From: Guillardia theta CCMP2712
Lineage: Eukaryota; Protista; Cryptophyta
Assembly: GCF_000315625.1 (NCBI RefSeq)
Contig: NW_005434592.1
Span: 355,383-396,975 of the forward strand
Length of the DNA stretch: 41,593 bases
Reading direction: 5' to 3'
Position numbers and translations under genes: made by a program. The notes under the pieces were generated by a model. That model had not been told where the DNA came from and made no database searches. It was given only the letters and a program-made list of their open reading frames with translations. The number at the start of each line of letters is the position of its first letter. The stretch's first letter is position 1. Positions 24,076 to 34,657 of this stretch are shown piece by piece.

Positions 24076-24312
24076 ACCACCACCACCACCGCCACCGCCA
24101 CCATTTGAAACTCACACCTTGACATTGTTTTACAGCATCACGTGAATGGATTTCCCACAATCAAACTGGTAGGAGGAAGTATCAAACATCCAATCCTATA
24201 TTCAGGAGAAAGAAGCGTACAGGTCAATGCACACTGCTATTGTGCCGGGGTAATGTTGTTGCAGGGGTTGTTGGATTTTCTAGGAGAGCATGTTCCAGAG
24301 ACTCGGGAATAA
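23224..24312 (+). CDS. Secretory thioredoxin-fold (PDI-family) protein, multi-exon
   Basis: Signal peptide MTSWNLFFLVFIPTILC, a redox-inactive Trx-like segment (GISNFPMLF), then LVKFHEKWCTRCQSMKRAFE...VNGFPTIKL...YSGERSV. Confidence 0.8.
24004..24073. repeat. (CA)n microsatellite, intronic
   Basis: Direct observation. Confidence 0.97.
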
Positions 24313-24549
24313 CGCATAGAAGAATTTTTCTTTCCAATTTTATAAACCGATTGTGCACATGTTATCGTGTCCATTTTCTAGTTGCATAGGTGGATATGAT
24401 GTGAATGAGCAAATCTAACCATATTCATTTCCAACTAGTCGTCACCAGGAGGAGATAGGAGCAAGGCGAGACATTCAGTGCTATGTTCAAATTGAAAGGG
24501 GTAAGAGAACTGATAGCAACTTCGATTGTAGATCGTTTTCAACAACCAT

Positions 24550-25269
24550 TCAAATCATTTTCGGTTTCACTGTTGAAGTGGGTGTTGCAATGTCCATTTC
24601 TGAATTCAGCTTCTGTTCTTTCTGCACTGACACTTCATTCTTGGAAACGATATCTTGCTCAAAGCCCCTCCGGATGATCTGAAGAATCTGCTCTTGTAAG
24701 ATTTCTTCCTTGCCCTTCTTTAGCGAGATAGCTGAGGCAATTGCTGGTGTCTCATTTAGGGCAAGCTCCTCAAGCTTGGTTTTGGTTCTTTCCAACGTCG
24801 TTTGCAAGCCCTCAACAACTTTGTTTAATCTCTCGGCTTCGTCCTCGCCCTCACCTTTGATCCGAACCAGTTTGATGGTCAAAACCAACAGGAGCGACGC
24901 TAGCCCGATGTTGAGTAGTTCATCCCTGTGAGAGGCAACGAACTCTTGAAAGGTCGAGCCGATTCTATGTTTTGGGGTTGTATTTGTAGTGATTCTCCTC
25001 ACGCTATGCAGAAGAATGCCACCCGGCACTGAGAAGTTCCTCCCTGAATTTGAGATCCCTCGATGTGGAATGACGCTTGCACTGTAATGCAGGCTTTTGA
25101 ACCTTACTGGGCGGAGTGCATCCCTTAGCAAACTCGTAGGAGGAAAAGAGAAGGTAAGGGGCATTGGCGAAGCCAGAAGATTGAGGCATGGAGGAGGGAG
25201 ACGGAACGGGCGAGCAATAAACGCTGTCACTGTTGACAGAACCGGCGCACGCGACCAAGCTGAGGACAT
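24550..25269 (-). CDS. Hypothetical protein: organellar targeting-like N-terminus, one TM helix, coiled coil
   Basis: Intronless 239-aa ORF with an Arg/Ser-rich, acid-poor N-terminus, TM helix IGLASLLLVLTI and a coiled coil after it. Confidence 0.65.
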   Translation of the reverse strand: MSSAWSRAPVLSTVTAFIARPFRLPPPCLNLLASPMPLTFSFPPTSLLRDALRPVRFKSLHYSASVIPHRGISNSGRNFSVPGGILLHSVRRITTNTTPKHRIGSTFQEFVASHRDELLNIGLASLLLVLTIKLVRIKGEGEDEAERLNKVVEGLQTTLERTKTKLEELALNETPAIASAISLKKGKEEILQEQILQIIRRGFEQDIVSKNEVSVQKEQKLNSEMDIATPTSTVKPKMI

Positions 25270-25478
25270 CTTCTAGTGGTATAATGATCACCGGCCCAAT
25301 TTGGTCACAAAAGGTGGGTAGGGGTCATTTACAGACCAAAGTCTGAGCCCGTGCATTGAGCAGAGAAGCAAAACAAGGATCTGCGTGAGGGAGACTGGAA
25401 CAGCTTCCCTCAGATGTGCCTTCGTTTGAACTCTAGTCGGTAGGGTCAAGTCAACTCCGATTTTCATTATTCGTGGCC

Positions 25479-25957
25479 ATGTTTTGTCCGTATTGTGCAA
25501 ATCTTCTTGTGGTAGAGCCTGCAAGCCAAGGCATGAGATTTGCTTGCAAGACTTGTCCCTATGAGCATAAAATTTTGAAAAAGATCAAGAAAACAACACC
25601 TTTAGAACAAAAGAAGGTGACAGAGGGTTGCAAGGCTGTACTTGTGAATGATATGGCCGCCATTTGCAGGTGGACGATGTTCTTGGCGACTCGTTTGCAA
25701 ATGCTTCCATGACAGATGTGATCGGTGGATGCCCTAAATGCGGTGAGAAGTGTCCTAGACAGGCAGAGTCGTGGTGTTAAGTTGTACACTACAGGACATC
25801 CTAAGGCCTACTTCTTTTCGATACAGATTCGCTCAGCCGATGAGCCGGCCACTCGGTAAGAGATGCAAGGTTGAATCTGAGAGCCTGACATGCTGCCAGA
25901 TTTTATCGATGTGCAAGAGGGGCTGAGTGCACATACACTTGGAAAGAGGACAACTGA
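25479..25957 (+). CDS. RPC11: RNA polymerase III subunit C11 (RPC11/POLR3K), 4 exons
   Basis: MFCPYCANLL...FACKTCPY...VDDVLG...CPKCGHPKAYFFSIQIRSADEPATRFYRC...WKEDN*: two zinc ribbons and the QIRSADEP motif. Confidence 0.95.
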
Positions 25958-26149
25958 TCAAGAACAAGAATGTAACGTGATACTCATAAACCAACAGCTT
26001 CAATTCACGCTCTTCAACTCCTAATCCCGGATTCAGAGTTGAAACCAAACTGTTAACAACACCAAAACAGATTGGTTTCAAAGAAGATCGTCCATTTCAT
26101 CATCGGGATCTGTAGCTTGCTTCTGATCAGTCCCTTCTGTCTTGCGTGC

Positions 26150-28053
26150 TGTCGACGCTTGTTTGGATGCACTTACTCTGAAAAACATTCAGCTGAAAAG
26201 ACTACAGGCTACTTTCACCTTGCTCCAGTCATGTCTGATGCACATTGCTCACAGACATTCTTGAGATTACTTGCCGCACGCGCGATCTGATTTGAATTGA
26301 TGATTTGAGATAAATGTACGGAATACCTTGACCTGATTTTCAAGCAGCGTGAATGTCTGCGTCTTTGTCATCGACTCAACAGCCGCGCTATCCCCATCCT
26401 CGAAAGCCTGAGGTGAAATTAAAAGAGTCATCAGGATGAGAGATGATGCGCATAAAGAATCGAAAGCACCTGAATCAAATCACTCGCTGCTTGTCCTTCT
26501 CTTGTCATCATAAAATCGCCGAAGCTATCTCTTCATCGCATGTCACAGCCTTAAACATCCGGAATACCATCGCGGACCTGGCACTAGATGCCGCGACCAT
26601 GTCCCCTTTAGAGAGCTTGTTTGAAGTGAGAAGGTTGCAGGAGCATCAGGTAGTTCACCAGAAGAACGACTACGCTTAGCTGTGCCTTGTACATGTAGTC
26701 CGTTTGGTCCAGAATCTGCACGGTGTTTCTCAGTCTCGCTTGAACGTTTGAGATTCTTGTAGCAAGTGAAAGGGGGTGAGGGGGGTGGAGGGACCTCAAA
26801 GTTGTGAATCATTCTCTTCAACAGCTGGATTGCATCATCAACCTGAGTAAGTTTGTCAGAAGCTTTTGCTGGTTCTATGGATGTGAACCAACTTTGCGAT
26901 GTCGCATCATGAGCCCAAGACCTTTTGTCATTAGCAATTAGAGAGAAACGTTACAAGACAAAGCTGGAATTCCAAGAACAAGAAAGAAAAAACATACATG
27001 CACGCCATGAGTCTCCAATGAAAATATGCTTTTCTTCATCTTCATAGATACTCATACTTTCCTGGACCGGAACAAATAAGGAGAACAATTATTGGCCATG
27101 ATCGTGATGTACGAGATAAAGTTTGATTGCATTGTCGACGTCGTCCTCAGCAATAGCTCTATCGCACATCATGAATATAGAGCTAAGATCAAACGCAAGT
27201 ACTTGGCTGCTTTCATGAGTGATTCTGCTGCTTTCTCAGCGTTCCCTGCTTCTCTATCTCAAGCGTCAACTTATGGAAGTATATCTCGTACAGGCACCTG
27301 TAAATGGCAGAAGCTTTTTTGTATCTATCGCAGCTGGTTGAGTTTTCTTTCAGGTCCCTAAGGATCTGCAGCAGCACATTATGCGAACTATGAAAGTAAA
27401 GAAGTTTTACATTAGCCGCATTCTCCATTGCAACAGCTCCAAAAAACTGAGCTCCTGCCATGTATCTCAGAGATATAGAGTTGAACCTGGCATCCTTGAA
27501 CCTCCTTTCACATGTGCATTGGAAGCGTCCTCGAAGGCTTTTACAGCATCGGACAACTTCTTTACCTGTCCAGCGAAAGAGTGAGCATTCTCCTAGCAGG
27601 TTTCGTGAGAAGGTCATATTGGTTGAAAAAATATCAAAGTCATGTTGAGGGTTAGCAACGTAGGTATACAGCTGGGGAGCGAAGTATTTGTGCAGCCTTC
27701 TGGTAGCAATCAGCTGCCCTTTCATAATCAGGTTTTTTCCTGAAAAGCATGGACTTTTTGTTCATGCTAAAACAAATGAAATTACAAGAAAGCAGAAAAG
27801 AATCAAGAAGCATAGAACACATAAAGTTTCGTGGTTATGGACTGAGTGCATAGAAGAACCAAATGCACGATGAAACCAAAAGCAGAAAAATCAACAAACA
27901 ATGCAACTCGTTTCAAAGAAAGGCAAACAAATCTGAGAAACAGATGTTGATAAGGAAAATTGTATCACAAAAAAACATGATATTGATGTGCATGGTGTTG
28001 AGCTTACTGTTTCTCCGCTTCCCTTAACAGCTCGTCGGCATCAGCTTTGGACA
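26150..28053 (-). CDS. Hypothetical helical multi-exon protein; weak resemblance to the AF4/FMR2 C-terminal homology domain
   Basis: First exon MSKADADELLREAEK followed by a GTAAG donor; later exon KKASAIYRCLYEIYFHKLTLE. Boundaries are approximate. Confidence 0.4.
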
Positions 28054-28117
28054 TTTTCCTCAGGTTTTGTCTGAGGCGGATTGCAAGGTTGTCAGTGACC
28101 CCGAAATGGAAGGATTC

Positions 28118-28291
28118 AACCTAAACCCGGTTTAGGATTCCCGGGAGCCTGGTATCATGGCTGCGCGCCAGGTGTACGGGGGAAGCCGCAAAGGCGCGAG
28201 GAAGCTGTAAGCAAGGGTTTGGTATAGTTCAAACAGCTTTCCGAATTTAGTTCTTCAGTATGGTGAAAGTAATCAAGGTTCGCAACATGCT
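28118..28291 (+). mobile_element. Degenerate 5' fragment of telomeric retroelement family B, preceded by an inverted telomeric motif
   Basis: 28156-28291 aligns by eye with 32191-32318 (CATGGCTGC...GGAAGCTG...TTCAAA.AGCTTTC...GTTCTTCAGTATG.TGAAA...GTTCGCAAC). CCTAAACC-C-GGTTTAGG lies at ~28120-28136. Confidence 0.75.
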
Positions 28292-28433
28292 AACCCCCCC
28301 CCCCCCTCCTCTCCCAACCACTTCCACCACAACTCTATGATCATTACAAAGTCCCTCAGCTGTACAGACTTGGCCCTTCTCTCTTGCCCATATTCTTCCA
28401 TGATGTCCTGTTGACACTTCGTGAATCGAGCTA

Positions 28434-30762
28434 TCAGTGAATCCCCTCCTCGTCCTTGCGCAGCTTCGCAAGATTCTTCTTCCTGCTCGGCATCAGAGTC
28501 ACATCCTCACACGAGCGAGCACTGACAGCTACTGCCGATAAAGTGTGCTAGCAGAAGTGGCGAAGGCGACTCTTTCAGCGTTCTGCTGAAGCATCATGAA
28601 ATGTCAAGCACCAAGACACCGTCACCTTGGCAACGAGCTGCAGAGAAGTTTGGGTGCTGAGCAAGTTGCCACAGGATCAACTTTCAAACCTCCAGCGGAT
28701 CCTTTGCCACCTCCTTCCCCATGTTGTTGTTAGCCTCCGGTCGCTTGGGCGTCTGTGACTTCCCCGCCTCTTTGCGCATCGCAACAGCTTTCTCAAGCTC
28801 GTGAATGACTCTCTGTTGCGCTTTGACCTGCAGCCAGCACATGACTAACCAGGCTTGCCTCTTCCTCCAACGCCATCCTCTTCTGGCATGCAGCTGAGGC
28901 AATCTGCAGAGCGTTAGCTCGGGAGTGTGTCAACTGCAGAGACCTGGTGCAGAGTTGCAAGCTTCTTTTCTTCGTCCCACTGCTTCTTGTCTTGCTGCTC
29001 TCCCATGTGAGCTCCTCACCACTTCCCTCCTCACCTCACCTGCATCCTCCGCTGCTCAGCGACTGCGAGGGTCAAGAGAGAAGGGATGAACTTTGCTGTT
29101 GCTTGCTCGCCTGCGTGACATTACACCTTCAACTCATCCTCGTCCTCAGCCTTGTCCTCATCCTCGTCCTCATCCCCACTGGGTTTGAGGGGCAGCACGA
29201 CATAAGAGTTCTCGTTGCCTGATGCAAGTTTGCCGAACTTCTTTCCCGCTGTTCTCGCTCGATCAGCCCAGGACAAGACACCACACAGAGAGCCAAGATA
29301 AGCAGAAATGGAATGGAGCTTACCTTGCAGTCCTGCCTCATACTCTCTCGCATCCAGCTCGCCCTTGTCGTAGGCCTTAGCAGCGAGCTGGTTCCACTTT
29401 CAGTTCATCATGAGAGGAAAGGAGGAAGCTGAGCACCTCTCCCTCCTTGTATGCCCTTTCAGCATCCACGATGTTTTCTTTTTCCTTGTATACATCGGCC
29501 AGGCGCTGACTCCTTGCCCTCGATCGGACGATCCTCAGGAGCTGAGCGGCAGAAAGTTTCCCTTCTGAGGAAGGGAAAGAGGAAAGCGAAGGAGCTCTGG
29601 CATTGGCACCCTCTTGGTCGCTCGGCTTTTCCTTTGTACGCTCAGCTTTCAAAAAAGACGGCTTAGCCTTCTCCCCTCCCTGTTCCTTCTAGGCCAACTG
29701 CACCTTGGGAGGTTTCATCTTTCGCTTCAGCTGCAAGCTCCCTGTCGAGCGCTTCCCTTGCTCGCTGGATGGAGGTGGCGAGTTTGCTGTGTTGAGGAAC
29801 TCTGGAAGTACCGCTGCTTACAACACTTCACATCCCTATCATACCCTAGGCTCCTGCTCTCGCACCTCAACTTCCCCTGAGCCACTTCACGCGCGACTCT
29901 CTCCCTCTCTTCCGTCAGCCCCTCTGCTGAAGTCGAGCTTGAAGGAGCGCTGGCATGAGAGGATCAGCACCAGGAAGACTGGAAACATCATCTCCTTACC
30001 TCCCCACGCGCTCGAACTTCGTCCCTTTCATCCTCCCATGGTAAGCCTTGCGGATGCAGTCGAGGGGTGCGCGAACCAACGCGAGGAGCATTTGCTGCTC
30101 GCAGGTGTTGGATGCTCCTGGGGAGCAACGAAGAGGTCGCAGCTGGACATGTGAATGAGAAGCACTGATCCATCAAAGCCTCTCCCCGCACCTTCCTATC
30201 ACCCTGTCCCGCTATCATGTTGGGCTTCGCTATGGCGTGTGATACTGGCGGAGGTCGCAACATCGCCTTGATGACTCTGTTACCTGAGAAAGTCTGTTGC
30301 TGTGCAAGACTCTTTGAAGGATCGAAAGGCTTCCAGTCTTTTCTCATCTCCTGCCATGTCGGCCTGGCCCGCGGCTCTGGCCTTCCCTTCCCAGGCCCCT
30401 CCACGTCACCGTATGCTTTCCTCATCAACCGAGGGACATCGTCAGCACTGCTATCACTTCCATAGCCTCCGCCTCCTCTTACGGCAGCATGCAGTTTGAG
30501 TGGTTCTACAGCCCCAGCCCTCTGAGCTCCTCCCACTCTCTCTCTCTCGATCTTCCCCGCTAAGGATCCTTCCCAGAGTATGCTTAAGCTGCCTTCTGGC
30601 TCTTTCTCGCTCGTGCAAGATCCGGACGAGGCTCTTCTCGCTCAGCATCGTCCTTGTCGTCTCTCTCCCCATGCTTTCCTTCTCCTCCTCCCTCCTTGCC
30701 CCCAGCACCATCACCGCCACTGCGGCCGCAAGCAGCCATGGCCAAGTCTTTCCCCACTGCAT
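28434..30762 (-). CDS. Lineage-specific protein with N-terminal signal/TM segment and charged coiled coils, multi-exon
   Basis: MQWGKTWPWLLAAAVAVMVLG..., followed by several K/E-rich exons with short GT-AG introns. The stop position is tentative. Confidence 0.5.
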
Positions 30763-31852
30763 GGTCGGCGAAAACCTGCAAGTCCATCCAAGGCAGTGTC
30801 GGATCAGTGATCAACAGGGTCTGCAAGCCTGTCAGCCTGAGGAAGTTGATGGCTGGTCTTTGAGTTGATAGTCTGCGCACAGGCCGTCGATTGACATAAC
30901 CTCTTTCAGACAGGAGTCCCTCCGACAGGTTTGATCTATGCCGTGTTATTGGGCTGAAGACTCGGAGGTTATCTGATCCACTCGTCATCTTGATTACCAT
31001 CCGAGTGATCATAACTAGTAATTAGTGAACTTTTTTTTTAGTAAACCGTTCACAGACCGGGCCTTCCACGGTGCTACATAAACTCCACCGGTGCTTGAGA
31101 CCTTATCCAACAGGGTGGGGTGATCACTGAAATCTTAGTACCATACACAATTACTCAACGTTTACTTACGGCGTCCGATCTTTCGGAAATTCAGGGCCGA
31201 GATTACTACTGCTGACAGCGCCGGTATCGCGAATCCAGCACAACAGCATATAGCACTTTGACTAAAGAGTCTTTACATTAGTTATAAAATGTATCGATCG
31301 CGATACCAAAATGTATATTCAAACTTTTCGCGATACAATACAACAAAGGCCTTGGTCACGGTCGTCATTCAACAACTGCTTTTAAAACTGACACGTGAAT
31401 TGTACACATGAGTGAGAATACTGAATATATTCATAGCATTATTACTACTCAAATACTACCTGCGGTACAAAAGCTTGTGGAATATATATCCTTACGTGGG
31501 TTCTGATGACCGCCCCAGTACTCAGATCGAGACCCCCATGTGTCACCCCAGCAGAACGCTGGTCACTGGAGGGGGTCACTAGTACTGTTTTACATTAGTA
31601 CTGTTTTATTGCTACTGGGTACCTTTTTATTATTCATACAGGCAGGGGGGCGGAGGGCCGCGGGGAGAGGAGAGAGGCGAGGTGAAGAGAGCAGGGAGAG
31701 AAGAAAATAGCAGGGAGCGTAGACGAGAAAGAAGAGGAGAAAGAAGAGGAGAAAGGAAGTGCAGGAAGAGAAGAGGAAAGCAGGGGGACAAGGCGAGAGC
31801 AGGGAGAGAAGAAAATAGCAGGGAGAGGAGTGAGGAGGAGATATCGAAGAGT

Positions 31853-31993
31853 ATGAAAGTCAATCACGCTGCACTTGTCGTCGCTTCGATAGCAGTTTTG
31901 CAGTTTCAGTTAGTAGAAACAATCTGCACGCAACAGCCATGCACCAAGAACAGCGATTGCTCAAAGATCTGGTCAGCCAACGACCCCTACCCG
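31853..31993 (+). pseudogene. 5' stub of a secreted Cys-rich protein gene, cut off by telomeric repeats
   Basis: MKVNHAALVVASIAVLQFQLVETICTQQPCTKNSDCSKIWSANDPYP reads directly into (TTTAGGG)n. Confidence 0.5.
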
Positions 31994-32073
31994 AGGGTTT
32001 AGGGTTTAGGGTTTAGGGTTTAGGGTTTAGGGTTTAGGGTTTAGGGTTTAGGGTTTAGGGTTTAGGGTTTAGG
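31994..32073 (+). repeat. Telomeric repeat block 1 (TTTAGGG)n
   Basis: Perfect heptamer array. Confidence 0.98.
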
Positions 32074-32188
32074 AGCGCCGGTTATTTCAGGCGAGCGCCG
32101 GTTATTTCAGGCAGCGCCGGTTATTTCAGGCAGCGCCGGTTGTTTCAGGCAGCGCCGGTTATTTCAGGCAGCGCCGGTTATTTCAGGC
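32074..32188 (+). repeat. Six copies of the 19-mer AGCGCCGGTTATTTCAGGC at the element 5' end
   Basis: Direct observation. Confidence 0.95.
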
Positions 32189-32913
32189 ACCATGGCTGCA
32201 CGCGTGGTGTAGGGGAAGCTGCCAGGGCGCCAAGGAAGCTGCAAGCGAGAGGTTTGTATACTTCAAATAGCTTTCTAAGTATGGTTCTTCAGTATGATGA
32301 AAATGTTCGCAACCTGCTGTATCGGAGATCATGCCAATACACGCAGAGCGGACTTGTGGATGCCTCTGTCCTCGAAGCTGATCTCGTCGAGAGGGTGAAG
32401 AGCTTCGCGAAGCGTTATCCGAACAGCAGGACAGCCCAGGCTTGCAAGGCTGTGGAGGGATGCACCCCCGACGCTATCGCAGAAGCCATCCGCTCGACAT
32501 GTCAGCAGGCACGACGTGAGCTTCTCCAAGAAGCGATGACTGGATGGAGTGACGCATCCAGAGAATGGTTTATGCAGCAGATTGAAGAAGCCAAGAAGGA
32601 GAAGGTCGAGACATACACCGCCTCAGCAGGCAACGAGGTGACTTCCTTCATCTCCATGACTCTCCTGGGCATCTCCTCGGTGTATGTCAACCATGAAGAA
32701 AAGCTGAAGAAGAAATTCGAAGAGATCGGACTGATCGTAGACTCAGTGCAAGAGAGTAAAGCAATCATGTGGAAGGCTCCGTATAGACCCGAGATAGCGA
32801 GTGCTGAGGAGATCCCGGTGACTGTTTCCTTCCTCCGCATTGCACAAGCGGAGAAGCTCTGGCAGGGAAGAGAGGACTTCGCGATCGATGGTCGCAAGTT
32901 CACAGCTGTACAT
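32074..32913 (+). mobile_element. Family B retroelement, 5' portion (5' 19-mer array plus ORF1 N-half), 3'-truncated
   Basis: ORF 32140-32919 is homologous to the N-part of ORF1 at 34658 (RYPNSRT/QYPQSRT, AIAEAIRSTC/ALAEAIRQTC, EEIPV/DEIPV, LWQGREDFAIDGR/LWKGQTNFRIDGK). Confidence 0.85.
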
Positions 32914-33049
32914 GTTTAGGGTTTAGGGTTTAGGGTTTAGGGTTTAGGGTTTAGGGTTTAGGGTTTAGGGTTTAGGGTTTAGGGTTTAGGGTTTAGGGTT
33001 TAGGGTTTAGGGTTTAGGGTTTAGGGTTTAGGGTTTAGGGTTTAGGGTT
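32914..33049 (+). repeat. Telomeric repeat block 2
   Basis: Perfect (TTTAGGG)n. Confidence 0.98.
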
Positions 33050-34049
33050 CACAATGGAGGCAGCATCTCCGTCAAGCCAAGAGGACATGCAGCTCGTCAG
33101 CGAGCTGTCAGCAGTCATCGAAGATGCAGCTTCTTTGAACGAGGCGGGAACGAGCGAGCCGATCAAGCTGGTCCTGGACAAGGCCGTTGGCAACCTCCAC
33201 GACACCTTCTACTCTCCGGGGAGCCTGGAGTTCATGTCGCTGGGAGAGTGGGCGAAGATGCCAGAGGAGCAGGGAGTTGGGCGCAACGTTCTCAAGGAGA
33301 AGCTGGGGAAGTGGCTGCAGAGCAAGCGCTGGACTCGCGTGCAAGGAGAGAGCAAGAAGGCAAGGAGGGGCAGCGCGTTCTCGCCACGGGCAACGGCAGC
33401 TGCTGAGCTTGAGCAGGAGGCGGAGAGCGACGACATAGAGCGTCGATCTCTTAGCTTCCTGTTCATAGCACTGAGTAAATTCGCAGAGATGCATGTGGCC
33501 TGCTCGCTGAAGGTGGACAAGAAGGACCGACTGCGAGTGGAGATGAGGGAAGATGACGAAGAAGAGGAAGACATGGAGGAAGAGCAAGGCGAGGGCTAGC
33601 CTGGAAACAGGGCGAGCCCGTACCGAGCTTGAGCTGAGCTCAAGGTAAGGAGAGAAGGTAGGAGGCGACCGAAAGCCAAGGTGAGGAGAGGCAACTCTCC
33701 TGACTGAGGCTGAGGAAGCTGAATGGAGGAGGAGTAGGTGGCGACCGAAGGCCAAGGTGAGGAGAGGCAACTCTCCTGACTGAGGCTGAGGAAGCTGAAT
33801 GGAGGTAGAGTAGGTGGCGACCGAAGGCCAAGGTGAGGAGAGGCAACTCTCCTGACTGAGGCTGAGGAAGCCAAGAGAAGACAGCAGAAGTAGAAAGTAG
33901 AAAGACGCCTCAGAAGCAGGGTTCGCATTGTAGGCCGTGTACTCCCAGTGCTCGAGCGCCTCTTTAGACTAGGATCAAATTGCATAAGCCCACAACGAGG
34001 CCGAGCAACATTCTAGCATTCTAATAAACTCACATAATAATAATAATAA
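33050..34049 (+). mobile_element. Family B retroelement, 5'-truncated: ORF1 C-terminus, 3' UTR and (TAA)5 tail; no ORF2
   Basis: ORF 33054-33599 is homologous to the C-terminus of ORF1-A (KLVLDKAVGNLHDTFYSPG/KLRLDGAIVGLYDSLSSPG, LGEWA/LKEWA, FLFIALSK/LLFLALNK, acidic tail). It is followed by ~435 bp of UTR, AATAAA and (TAA)5 joined to TAGGG. Confidence 0.88.
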
Positions 34050-34173
34050 TAGGGTTTAGGGTTTAGGGTTTAGGGTTTAGGGTTTAGGGTTTAGGGTTTA
34101 GGGTTTAGGGTTTAGGGTTTAGTTTTAGCGTTTAAGGGTCTAGGGTTTAGGGTTTAGGGTTTAAGGTTTAGGG
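34050..34173 (+). repeat. Telomeric repeat block 3 (degenerate near the gap)
   Basis: (TTTAGGG)n with variant units next to the N run. Confidence 0.95.
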
Positions 34174-34273
34174 NNNNNNNNNNNNNNNNNNNNNNNNNNN
34201 NNNNNNNNNNNNNNNNNNNNNNNNNNNNNNNNNNNNNNNNNNNNNNNNNNNNNNNNNNNNNNNNNNNNNNNNN

Positions 34274-34496
34274 GTGAGGAGAGGCAACTCTCCTGACTGA
34301 GGCTGAGGAAGCCAAGAGAAGACAGCAGAAGTAGAGAGTAGAAAGACGCCTCAGAAGCAGGGTTCGCATTGTAGGCCGTGTACTCCCAGTGCTCGAGCGC
34401 CTCTTTAGACTAGGATCAAATTGCATAAGCCCACAACGAGGCCGAGCAACATTCTAGCATTCTAATAAACTCACATAATAATAATAATAATAATAA
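34274..34496 (+). mobile_element. Second family B 3' end with a (TAA)7 tail
   Basis: Nearly identical to 33833-34049 (one visible substitution), but with a different tail length. Confidence 0.9.
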
Positions 34497-34549
34497 TAGG
34501 GTTTAGGGTTTAGGGTTTAGGGTTTAGGGTTTAGGGTTTAGGGTTTAGG
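34497..34549 (+). repeat. Telomeric repeat block 4
   Basis: Perfect (TTTAGGG)n. Confidence 0.98.
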
Positions 34550-34657
34550 AGGCCGCTGGAGTAACAGACATGCTCTCCTCCCCTGCAGTTTGAGGGGATC
34601 CCTGCGAGCTAGGGTGCTGAACAGGACATTTTTCTGTGCAGAAACGGTTGTTTGATC

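Noticed and set aside
34120-34173. Variant telomere units as a biological signal
   Set aside because: They sit at a contig edge where base quality is likely poor.
33596-34426. Duplicated minus-strand ORFs (MQFDPSLKRR...)
   Set aside because: They are antisense to the repeated family B 3' UTR, and the duplication is explained by element copies.
33833-34496. The two identical segments as LTRs
   Set aside because: Both end in variable (TAA)n tails joined to telomeric repeats and lack TG...CA termini, and the RT and APE are non-LTR type.
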